Shown piece by piece: positions 40,139 through 48,540 of a stretch of DNA of 64,000 bases (positions within the stretch are counted from its first letter, which is position 1; each line of letters begins with the position of its first letter). The notes beneath the pieces are model-generated. The model ran no database searches and was not told the DNA's origin. It was given only the letters and a program-made list of their open reading frames with translations. This DNA is from Alphaproteobacteria bacterium (GTDB lineage Bacteria > Pseudomonadota > Alphaproteobacteria > CAAHEQ01 > UBA3637): positions 1 through 64,000 of the forward strand of contig JAZUQR010000026.1 of NCBI GenBank assembly GCA_045605805.1, in the 5' to 3' direction. The position numbers were made by a program, and so were the translations under genes.

Positions 40139-40663
40139 ATGCAAATAAAAACTTTTCATTCTTTTCACAAAGAGCATAAAAAGTTATACGAAGATATTTT
40201 AAGTTTAACTTATTCTGTCAATGATACTTACCCACAATATTCAACTTGGTTTAAAGAAAAGTTTTTACCAGACCTTAAAAATAAAAAAAGGATGTATATC
40301 GTTGCACAGGATGAAAGCGGAAAATTAGTTGGTTGTGTTTTGATTAAAAACACCGAAGAAGAAAAGAAAATTTGTACATTATTGGTTCATCCGGATTATC
40401 GCAAACAAGGTGTTGGTGAAAAACTGATGGAACAAACTTTATCAGAATTAGGTGAGCACCCTTTGATAACCGTTTCTGATAGAAATATAGCACAACTAAC
40501 TCCTCTTTTAAGAAAAAAAGGTTTTCATTTATCGGCAGTTAAAAAAGGGGCTTATCGTCCAGAAGACACAGAGTATTATTTTAACGATAAAAAAGCAGAT
40601 GCTATAAAAAACGGTCTTATTCCCGTTTTAATCAAAAGAATGAATAAATTACGTCAAAAATAA
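40139..40663 (+). CDS. GNAT acetyltransferase
   Basis: KICTLLVHPDYRKQGVG acetyl-CoA motif; YP.Y..WF N-terminus. Confidence 0.88.
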   Translation: MQIKTFHSFHKEHKKLYEDILSLTYSVNDTYPQYSTWFKEKFLPDLKNKKRMYIVAQDESGKLVGCVLIKNTEEEKKICTLLVHPDYRKQGVGEKLMEQTLSELGEHPLITVSDRNIAQLTPLLRKKGFHLSAVKKGAYRPEDTEYYFNDKKADAIKNGLIPVLIKRMNKLRQK

Positions 40664-40691
40664 ATATTTTTCATCGCCTCATTTCAGGCAC

Positions 40692-40733
40692 GAAAAAAGC
40701 CCGTTTCAAACGGGCTGAATCTTAAATTGGTGG
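40692..40733. repeat. att-like 42-bp direct repeat, distal copy
   Basis: GAAAAAAGCCCGTTTCAAACGGGCTGAATCTTAAATTGGTGG is identical to 60001-60042. Confidence 0.92.
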
Positions 40734-40913
40734 TGTTACTTGATTTTTGAACGAAAAGGATGCATTTGTCCTTTGCTTTTGGGGCATTTTGCAAATGACT
40801 TGTATGCAAAAATAGTGTTGCTTATCGTCAAAAATGCACCTTTTCAAAATATAAGTTGATAAATCTGTAAATAAGAGCATGTATGGTGATCTCCTCAATT
40901 GAAAGGAGAATAC

Positions 40914-41009
40914 ATGGAAAAACAACTTAAACTCTTGGCTCAAATCATCCTGCCAACGCTCTTAACCGTATTGAAAGATAATAAAAAAAATAAAAAACAC
41001 CGATCTTAA
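40914..41009 (+). CDS. Candidate 31-aa hydrophobic peptide
   Basis: AAAGGAG RBS; MEKQLKLLAQIILPTLLTVLKDNKKNKKHRS. Confidence 0.4.
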   Translation: MEKQLKLLAQIILPTLLTVLKDNKKNKKHRS

Positions 41010-41026
41010 GCCAAAAAAGGATACCT

Positions 41027-41467
41027 CTACTTTTCGGTTTTTTTATAGAGAATAAAGTGAGGTAATTTATCCATATCTATATAATTAAACATTTTATAAT
41101 TAGCTCGTCTGGCTTCAGGAGATAAGGTGTACTTTCTTAAATGATCCTTAGGGACGAAAGGATAGAACCAAATCTCATGATGTGAAACACCTTTTTCTTT
41201 CCATTTAAAATTGAGAATTAACAACGGAGGTAAAATCCCAGCTTTCAAAACTTTTTCCATAATGTCCCAACCGGCTCCACGAACAACGGATGAAGGTTTA
41301 TGGTTAGCACTTTTAATTTGGGCGCGAAAATTACAGCCAGTACATTGAATATCACACAGCGGATAATTGTTTGGTAAAAGCATTAACTTTTTACCGCCAT
41401 TAGGACAACAGACCAAATCTACAACTTCTTGTTCCCCAAGCTTTCCATTTTCCTGGTTAATTGACAT
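41027..41467 (-). CDS. DpnI/Dam-replacing-protein-like endonuclease domain
   Basis: CPN.G..L......P..D..C..C...QIKS......GAGW..M matches the DpnI catalytic-domain pattern. Confidence 0.7.
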   Translation of the reverse strand: MSINQENGKLGEQEVVDLVCCPNGGKKLMLLPNNYPLCDIQCTGCNFRAQIKSANHKPSSVVRGAGWDIMEKVLKAGILPPLLILNFKWKEKGVSHHEIWFYPFVPKDHLRKYTLSPEARRANYKMFNYIDMDKLPHFILYKKTEK

Positions 41468-41608
41468 TTCTACCTCCATATCTGTTGTTATATACATAAT
41501 AACAGCTGAAAGTTTTAGAATTTACAATATTATTCAAAAATTTTTCTATTTCACTGGACTTCTTCGTTTTTCCAAGCATTCATTGTAATGTAACGAAAGG
41601 AGTTTATT

Positions 41609-41923
41609 ATGAATACAGTTAAAGTTTATTTGGTGCGAAAACCTTTGGATTTTGAAGAAGTAAAAAACTTATGCAAAAAGTATGCGCATAAGGCCGAAGA
41701 GATCTTAATTGAAGAAACTGTCAACCTACCACCAACTTGGTATGAGGAGTTTTGCCAACGCCCATTGGATAACTACATTTTCTTATCCGGTAAAGGCGGT
41801 TATGATGATTTAGGCCACCGCAAAGTAGTTGCTATAAAATGCCTAGGCAAGCCAACGCTCTAGGTTGATCCTTCCGGCTCAAGCTATTGCCGATATATGG
41901 GAGTAGAAAATGAAAAATTATAA
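41609..41923 (+). pseudogene. DUF6329-like phage small protein with an in-frame TAG at 41861
   Basis: Paralog of 56838-57146; frame continues VDPSGSSYCRYMG after the stop. Confidence 0.8.
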
Positions 41924-42146
41924 TGACATTCCTCCAAATTACAAAATCAGCATGCCGATGGTTTATAACCACGCAATTAGAGTACTTGATAGGCTGGATA
42001 GACGACTGAGCAGACTTAACACCCCAGCGCTACCGATTAAATACAAATACGAAATCAATCGTCTAGAACATAAACTGGAACAAATGGTCGCTAAATACAA
42101 AGCCATTGAAAAGGAGTTGGAATATGTCCGAACCAAAATATCCTGA
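41910..42146 (+). CDS. Hypothetical small coiled-coil protein
   Basis: GGAG RBS; overlaps both neighbours. Confidence 0.55.
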   Translation: MKNYNDIPPNYKISMPMVYNHAIRVLDRLDRRLSRLNTPALPIKYKYEINRLEHKLEQMVAKYKAIEKELEYVRTKIS

Positions 42147-42327
42147 GATAACTGTGCACCTGGCAGGTGAAAATGGGAATGCTTTTTATATTTTAGGCAA
42201 ATGTCGTTCGGCGATGAGGCGTGCTAACATCTCCAAAGAAGAACAAGATGAATTTTACCGCCAAGCCACCGCCAGCGACTATAATCACTTATTCATCACC
42301 TGTATGGAATGGTTTAATGTAGAATAG
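42124..42327 (+). CDS. Phage/ICE small protein with GxxGNAF motif
   Basis: PKYPEITV.L.GENGNAF.ILG; paralog of 56630-56827. Confidence 0.8.
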   Translation: MSEPKYPEITVHLAGENGNAFYILGKCRSAMRRANISKEEQDEFYRQATASDYNHLFITCMEWFNVE

Positions 42328-42392
42328 GTCTATTTTTCTTGATTTTTTATGAATTAAAGGATATGCTGATTAAAAATCAGGAGGAAATAGCT

Positions 42393-43316
42393 ATGCAACC
42401 CAAATTTTTACATTCTTTTGTGACGCGTTCTCATAAAGGCGTTTATGGCATTATTCGGAAAAATAATCAGATTTTACTCATCCGTAAAGCACGTGGTCCC
42501 TATACAGGGCTTTATGATTTGCCCGGTGGAAGTCCGGAAGCTGATGAAACACCTGAACAAACAGTGGCTCGTGAAATCAAAGAAGAAACAAATTGTGATT
42601 TAATTTCTTGCACCAACCAACGTGAAAAAACAATTTTCTTTTCCAAATTTACCAAAGAAAGTGGAGAAGAAGGCTGTATGCAACACACGGGGATTTTGTT
42701 TGATGTTAAGGTGGCGGGTGAACCCACAACCCAAGGGGATGGATTAGATTCCAATGGAGCTGTTTGGGTAGATATCAATACTTTATCCAGTCAAAATGCA
42801 ACACCTTTTGTTTTAATGGGCTGTGGTAAGGAAGTTATCAATTTAGCCAATGAAGAGGATTACCCTGTGGATGTCGCTGTGCGTGGGGAACCTATCCCCG
42901 AAGGAAGGTGTCCCATGATTGCAGGTCTCTTTTTGTTCAACTCTAAAGGCAATATTATTTTGCAGAAAGTGGCTTTATCAAAGAAAACAGATCCGGGGAA
43001 ATGGAGTTATTCTGCTGCTGGGCATGTGGATGCTGGTGAAACTTATGAACAGGCTGCCTTACGTGAATTAAGCGAAGAAATGGGAATTAAGGCCTCCGGC
43101 ATAACCTTTGTTGGAAAAGGCCATATATTAAAGAACGGCAATCCTCGTGCTTTTCATCATGTATTCAAGGTGATTTCTGATGATAAGATTACTTTTGAAC
43201 CGACCGAGGTAGCCGAAGTTAAAGAATGGACTATTCCGGAATTAAAAGAGCAAATAGGGACTCACCCCGAACAATTCAAAGATATTTTTGCCCAAATTTT
43301 TATGGAGGTCTTTTAA
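42393..43316 (+). CDS. Double Nudix-domain protein (second domain IDI-like)
   Basis: GGSPEADET...REIKEE and AGHVDAGET...RELSEEMG; AGGAGG RBS. Confidence 0.88.
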   Translation: MQPKFLHSFVTRSHKGVYGIIRKNNQILLIRKARGPYTGLYDLPGGSPEADETPEQTVAREIKEETNCDLISCTNQREKTIFFSKFTKESGEEGCMQHTGILFDVKVAGEPTTQGDGLDSNGAVWVDINTLSSQNATPFVLMGCGKEVINLANEEDYPVDVAVRGEPIPEGRCPMIAGLFLFNSKGNIILQKVALSKKTDPGKWSYSAAGHVDAGETYEQAALRELSEEMGIKASGITFVGKGHILKNGNPRAFHHVFKVISDDKITFEPTEVAEVKEWTIPELKEQIGTHPEQFKDIFAQIFMEVF

Positions 43317-43329
43317 TCAAGGAGGAAAC

Positions 43330-43764
43330 ATGTCAGGACCAGAAAGATTTAAAGTACCCGTTGGGATTTTTATAATGCTACGTCAAGACGATAAAGTTTT
43401 GTTGCAGCTGAGGCAAAATTGCTCGTTCAGTGGATATTGGGGATTCGTTGGTGGCCATTTGGATGGAAATGAACAGATCATCTCTGCCGCTATTCGTGAA
43501 GCAAAAGAGGAAGTCGGGGTGGATATTTTACCGGACGATTTGACCTTAAAGACCATTTGCCACAGTAATAAAGGCGAAGAGTACCTGCAATTTTATTTTG
43601 AATGTCGCAAGTGGTTAGGTGAAATTGAAAATAAGGAGCCCCACAAATGCGAACGCTTGGAATGGCATGAATGGAATAAGCTCCCTGAGCATACTTGTCC
43701 CTATTTGAAGGAAGCAGTAAGCAAAATCAATTCAGGAATTTCTTTTTACGAGGATACTTTTTAA
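43330..43764 (+). CDS. Nudix hydrolase
   Basis: GGHLDGNE....AIREAKEEVG; N.EP.KC. Confidence 0.9.
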   Translation: MSGPERFKVPVGIFIMLRQDDKVLLQLRQNCSFSGYWGFVGGHLDGNEQIISAAIREAKEEVGVDILPDDLTLKTICHSNKGEEYLQFYFECRKWLGEIENKEPHKCERLEWHEWNKLPEHTCPYLKEAVSKINSGISFYEDTF

Positions 43765-44354
43765 TGCTGAATAAACTTATTTACTTAACGACAAATCCTC
43801 ATAAAGTTCAAGAAGCCAATGAATTTCTTATTAAGAAATATGGGTTTAATTTGGAAATCATGAAACCTTCTTTTGAAGTGCTGGAGATTCAAGCAAAAAC
43901 TTGTGGCGAGGTTGCGAAATTTAGCGCTAAGTATGGGGCTGAAAAACTGGGAGTTCCGGTTTTGAAATCCGATTCAGGACTTTATATCGAAGCATTGGGC
44001 GGTTTGCCAGGACCTTATAATGCCTATTTTGACAAGCAAATAGGAACAGAAAAGTTTTTGGATATGATGAAAGATATCCCAAATAGGCATGCTAAATTGG
44101 AACATTGTTTTGCTTATTGTGAGCCAGGACAAGAACCCATCTTGTTTACAGGGGGAAGTACGGGGCGTATTTCTTATGAAGCCAAAGGAGAGAAAGGGCG
44201 TTGGCATGACAAGTTTTATATCCCTGATGGGGAAGAAAAAACACTCAGCGAATTACGCGCCATCAACCATGAATATGAGGCACAATTTTGGGGACATGCC
44301 TTGGATGACTTTGCAAAATGGTACAAAGAAAAATTAGAAAAGGATAAAATTTAG
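43764..44354 (+). CDS. HAM1/ITPase-family non-canonical NTP pyrophosphatase (divergent)
   Basis: TTN.HK..E, EIQA, DSGLYIEALGGLPGPY. Confidence 0.88.
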   Translation: MLNKLIYLTTNPHKVQEANEFLIKKYGFNLEIMKPSFEVLEIQAKTCGEVAKFSAKYGAEKLGVPVLKSDSGLYIEALGGLPGPYNAYFDKQIGTEKFLDMMKDIPNRHAKLEHCFAYCEPGQEPILFTGGSTGRISYEAKGEKGRWHDKFYIPDGEEKTLSELRAINHEYEAQFWGHALDDFAKWYKEKLEKDKI

Positions 44355-44368
44355 TGAAAGGATAACAA

Positions 44369-44950
44369 ATGCAATTACCAGAACAAATTGAATCAGAACG
44401 GATTATTTTAAAGCACCCTATGAAACCGACCTTTAAATTGGCTGAGGAGCTTTACGCGATTGTGGATAAATCCAGAAATACTTTAAGCGAATGGCTCCCT
44501 TGGGTGGATAAAACGAACTCTGTAGAGGATGAATTTACTGGATATCTGGTGAGTCTGAATCAAAAACATTGGGATGAAGGAAATGGTTTCGGTTATCTTA
44601 TTTATCAAAAGGAAACAAATCAGATTTTAGGCGTTGTGGATTTATGCCATGTTGAGGAAAAACATCAATCCGCCGAAATCGGGTATTGGCTCTCTGATGA
44701 CGCAACAGGTCATGGGTATATGCAAGAGGCTGTGCGTGCGTTGGAAAGCGAGGCCTTTCAAAATGGACTTAACCGGATTATCATCAGAAATGATACTTTG
44801 AATATACGCTCTGCCCATGTGGCTGAACGCTGTGGTTATATTTTGGAAGGTGTCATGCGTCAAGATTGTTGGGATGATTATCATCAGCATTTACGTAATA
44901 CCAATATCTGGAGCAAACTCAAATCCGAATGGGAGAAAGAACAAAAATGA
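44369..44950 (+). CDS. RimL/RimJ-like GNAT acetyltransferase
   Basis: WLPW, AEIGYWL....GHGYM, N.RS..VAERCG..LEG. Confidence 0.9.
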   Translation: MQLPEQIESERIILKHPMKPTFKLAEELYAIVDKSRNTLSEWLPWVDKTNSVEDEFTGYLVSLNQKHWDEGNGFGYLIYQKETNQILGVVDLCHVEEKHQSAEIGYWLSDDATGHGYMQEAVRALESEAFQNGLNRIIIRNDTLNIRSAHVAERCGYILEGVMRQDCWDDYHQHLRNTNIWSKLKSEWEKEQK

Positions 44951-46158
44951 TTTCACTCAAATCAGCCCCTAGATGGTTATCTATTGCTTATGCCTTAACA
45001 TCGGCATTGTTTTGCCTGCCGACATTAATGCTTTTTTATGGGTTTAAAGGTGTTGGTATGGGGGATTTTTTCTTGATTCAAGGGATATCAAATCTCACTG
45101 TATTTTTTATGGAAGTTCCAACCGGCTATATCGGTGATTTGTTTTCCAGAAAACACACTTTAATTATCGGGGTATTGTTTTGGATCTTGGGGCATGTTAT
45201 TTGGATTTTGGGTTCAGGATTTTTCATTATTTTACTGGGGGAATTGTTATTTGCATTAGCGATTGCTTTCATTTCCGGCACGGCGGAAGCATATTTATAC
45301 GATTTATTGAAAAAACGACATAAAGAAAGTTTATTCCATAAAAAATATGCTAAAATGAAAATGTTGGATGGAATTGCTTTGATGGTGGCTACGCTGACCG
45401 GTGCTTTTATCTATCAATTTTTGGGGCCAACCATTCCGTTATACTTAACAATTTTCTGTTTAATGTTAAGTGTTGTTATTTTATGGCAATTACCGGATGT
45501 TCCCGAATCCAGACGTATTGTTGACAAAGATAAAAGCAAATGGCAGGATATTTTGGATATTTCCAAATATGCCGTTAAACATCCTGAAATAAAATGGCTG
45601 ATGCTTTTACCGGCGGTGTATGGGACATTAACGCTTATTTTGATGTGGGGATTACAATCCGTTATGGTATTTCATCAATTACCTGTATTTGTTTTCAGTT
45701 TGATTTTAGGGATAAACGCATTGATGAGAACTTTTTGGTCGGGCGTTTCCGGTCGGATATTGGAAAAAATAAACCTTTCCGGAACCATAAAATTGCAAAG
45801 TTTAATTATTATCATTGCCTCTTTGGGGGCATGTATATCGGCCTATGTTCCGTTATGGGGTGTTTATATATGTTTGGGCTTGATGATTATCGGATCAGCC
45901 TCCAGTTCTTTATCCAGTATCACAACATCTGTTTTGGTCAATCATAGGATTCAATCCAATGAACGGGCGACAATTTTATCGGTTAAATCAATGCTGGCAA
46001 AGGCTTTTCATGGGGTGGGACTTATCTGCTTGAAACCCTTGTTTGACGGAATAGGTGTCGGACCAACTTTTATGGTATCTGCCCTGCTTTTAATCCCTAT
46101 TCTGATTTGTGCAAGACACCTGTATAAGATGAAGTTAAGGATAATGAAAGGGGACTGA
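44947..46158 (+). CDS. MFS transporter
   Basis: EVPTGYIGDLFSRK; SGTAEAYLYD; RATILS; about 12 TM. Confidence 0.9.
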   Translation: MISLKSAPRWLSIAYALTSALFCLPTLMLFYGFKGVGMGDFFLIQGISNLTVFFMEVPTGYIGDLFSRKHTLIIGVLFWILGHVIWILGSGFFIILLGELLFALAIAFISGTAEAYLYDLLKKRHKESLFHKKYAKMKMLDGIALMVATLTGAFIYQFLGPTIPLYLTIFCLMLSVVILWQLPDVPESRRIVDKDKSKWQDILDISKYAVKHPEIKWLMLLPAVYGTLTLILMWGLQSVMVFHQLPVFVFSLILGINALMRTFWSGVSGRILEKINLSGTIKLQSLIIIIASLGACISAYVPLWGVYICLGLMIIGSASSSLSSITTSVLVNHRIQSNERATILSVKSMLAKAFHGVGLICLKPLFDGIGVGPTFMVSALLLIPILICARHLYKMKLRIMKGD

Positions 46159-46159
46159 T

Positions 46160-47053
46160 ATGCTGATACTGAACATCAATGGGCCAATGAATTCTGGGAA
46201 ATCTACGGTTTCTAAGATTTTGGTGAATATGCTCCCTAACGCCACTTTTATTGAAGTGGATGAATTAATGAGTGATGAGGAACAAGAAAAACTGGGGCTA
46301 TCCCTGCAACAAGGGTGGCGGGAACGTCATAAACGATTAAATCAGAAATTAAGGGCTCTTAAAAAATCGCATGAGTATGAAACTGTGATTTTTGCTTATC
46401 CGATTGCTGACAATACTTATCAGGATTGGAAAATGCTGGAGGATAACCACACAAAGTTTTTGAACATTACCCTTGCGCCCAGTTTGGAAGAATGTTTGAA
46501 AAATCGTGGCACACGAGAACTCACCGATTGGGAAAGAAATCGCATTCGTGAAATGTATGAAGAGGGATATCAAAACCGCCCATACGCCGACTTTATCATC
46601 AATAATGACCATCAAACACCCAAAGAAACTGCTGAGATTATTAAAGGATTTATTGAACATGCTCTCTCCCCAAAACAACAATGGTTACATTTGGTGGAAA
46701 AACGTTGGCCCGCCCTTTTGAACGGAGAAAAAACTTCCACTTTCCGTTTCAATGAAGGTTTCATCCATAAGGGCTTCTTGGTTTATAAAGACTGCCCAAA
46801 CGAACAGTTGGCCGAGGTTGTTTATGTGACACATGTGTATTATGTGCCTTTGCGCCAAGCCAATGAAATAGACGGATATGATGAGCATACACCGGATATG
46901 GAAACAGCCTTAAAACAAATGCGTGTTCATTATCCAGATATTACTTTGGATACGCCCATTTTATTTGCTCAGCACTTAGGAGTTCCTGAAACCAAACAGA
47001 AATATCCAGAAGAAGTTAAAGAAATATTGGAGAAAATGAATGTCAAAAACTAA
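46160..47053 (+). CDS. P-loop nucleotide-kinase-like domain fused to an ASCH-like domain
   Basis: NGPMNSGKST Walker A; C-terminal GEKTSTFR...Y PDIT. Confidence 0.75.
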   Translation: MLILNINGPMNSGKSTVSKILVNMLPNATFIEVDELMSDEEQEKLGLSLQQGWRERHKRLNQKLRALKKSHEYETVIFAYPIADNTYQDWKMLEDNHTKFLNITLAPSLEECLKNRGTRELTDWERNRIREMYEEGYQNRPYADFIINNDHQTPKETAEIIKGFIEHALSPKQQWLHLVEKRWPALLNGEKTSTFRFNEGFIHKGFLVYKDCPNEQLAEVVYVTHVYYVPLRQANEIDGYDEHTPDMETALKQMRVHYPDITLDTPILFAQHLGVPETKQKYPEEVKEILEKMNVKN

Positions 47054-47447
47054 ATTATCAGTATGTGGTGTCATTGTACATCAGAGCAAATTTCTAATAG
47101 TCAAACGTTCTGAAACAGATGACTTTTTGCCAAATTGTTGGGAATTCCCTGGTGGTGGTGTAGAAGATGGTGAAACAATATCCGAAGCCTTGAAACGAGA
47201 AATAAAAGAAGAAATAGGTTGGGATATATCAAATGAATATCCAAAACTCATCGGTATTTCTGAAGAGTTTATGAATGAAGAAAAAACAGAAAGATATTTA
47301 CAATTAAATTATAAGATTGTTATGGACACAGAACCCAACATGACACTCAGTTCCGAACATGTCGCTTTTGATTGGGCGGACACGACCGATTCCAGATTGG
47401 ACGATTTTCTAAAAGAGATTATTAGGCAACTGAATACAACAATCTAA
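47040..47447 (+). CDS. Nudix hydrolase
   Basis: WEFPGGGVEDGET...LKREIKEEIG; LSSEH..FDW. Confidence 0.9.
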   Translation: MSKTKLSVCGVIVHQSKFLIVKRSETDDFLPNCWEFPGGGVEDGETISEALKREIKEEIGWDISNEYPKLIGISEEFMNEEKTERYLQLNYKIVMDTEPNMTLSSEHVAFDWADTTDSRLDDFLKEIIRQLNTTI

Positions 47448-47829
47448 ACTCTTCGCATTCTAACATTGTGTCAGGGGTAATGTCTTTCCAATATGCCTTG
47501 TGAATTTTGCGCCAAGTAGCAAGGGTTTTATCTCCTTCGCCTTCTTTACGAGCAAAATCGGCATCTACATTATTAAAAGGAACAACAGAGACTTTGGTAT
47601 CCTCAATAATTGCTTGAGCATTACCAGTAGAATCTAGGATAATACTGATATCTCCTGCTTGATTGGTATTGCCACCTCGATAAATGCAACTAGTGGCCGT
47701 TTTCTCGCCACTTATGACCAATTGCAACAACTCATCTGGTTTGTCGCCAAAAGTAAAGATGTCATAAGATTTGCCTTTATATGATGGGAACTTTTCAACA
47801 AACTCTTTCCATAATTGTTCGGGAGTCAT
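47422..47829 (-). CDS. ASCH domain protein
   Basis: GEKTATS; EGEGDKTL..WR..H. Confidence 0.9.
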   Translation of the reverse strand: MTPEQLWKEFVEKFPSYKGKSYDIFTFGDKPDELLQLVISGEKTATSCIYRGGNTNQAGDISIILDSTGNAQAIIEDTKVSVVPFNNVDADFARKEGEGDKTLATWRKIHKAYWKDITPDTMLECEEFRLLYSVA

Positions 47830-48083
47830 TTGTTTCGCGCTCCTTTTACCCCAAAGACAGCTTTGAAGTTATACCTGTTCTTGTGAATAAGTTCAACCCC
47901 ATGGGCTTTGGATATAACCAGAACATATTTGCCTATCCACAGACGAAAGTAATAACTTTTAATGGCTAATTTAATATTTTCTTTTGTGCGATATTCAGTA
48001 CCATCAGCCCGCTCCACTTCAACACTTCGGCCGAAGCCAAAGCGATTGTTATCCAAATCAAATCCGTATTCAATGTAAATCAT
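47826..48083 (-). CDS. Small hypothetical protein (DUF3977-like)
   Basis: YIEYG...DGTEY...YFRLWIGK; coupled to both neighbours. Confidence 0.6.
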   Translation of the reverse strand: MIYIEYGFDLDNNRFGFGRSVEVERADGTEYRTKENIKLAIKSYYFRLWIGKYVLVISKAHGVELIHKNRYNFKAVFGVKGARNK

Positions 48084-48540
48084 TTTTCTCCAAATAATCT
48101 AAAAACGCTTGGCAACCTTCATAAATATCCCAATAGGTTTCATCAAAGTTGCCAGTGTACCAAGGGTCTTTAACTGGTCGAGGATTTTGGGTGAAGTCCA
48201 ACAGACGATGCACTTTATGGTCTTTATCCTCGCCAACGATATCCAAAATATCCCGCACATTGTTATCGTCCATCGCCAAAATATAGTCAAATTTATCATA
48301 GTCGGACTTGCGAATTTGACGCGAGTAGTGTTGGGTGAAAGGGACTTTCATCTGCCGAAGCATATCCGCCGCTCGGTAATCCAGCGCCTCATGCACCATT
48401 TCGTTATACCCCTCTGTCGCGGCAGAGACAATTTCAAACTTGTCCGCTACACCTTTCTCAGCGACCATTTGCTTCATCACAAATTCCGCCATTGGCGACC
48501 GACAAATATTTCCAAGACATACGAATAGAACTTTAATCAT
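48070..48540 (-). CDS. Low-molecular-weight protein-tyrosine phosphatase
   Basis: FVCLGNICRSPMAE; DPWY. Confidence 0.93.
   Translation of the reverse strand: MIKVLFVCLGNICRSPMAEFVMKQMVAEKGVADKFEIVSAATEGYNEMVHEALDYRAADMLRQMKVPFTQHYSRQIRKSDYDKFDYILAMDDNNVRDILDIVGEDKDHKVHRLLDFTQNPRPVKDPWYTGNFDETYWDIYEGCQAFLDYLEKNDLH

Noticed and set aside
42393-48540. Integron cassette array
   Set aside because: Genes overlap or nearly touch; no room for attC sites and no integron integrase
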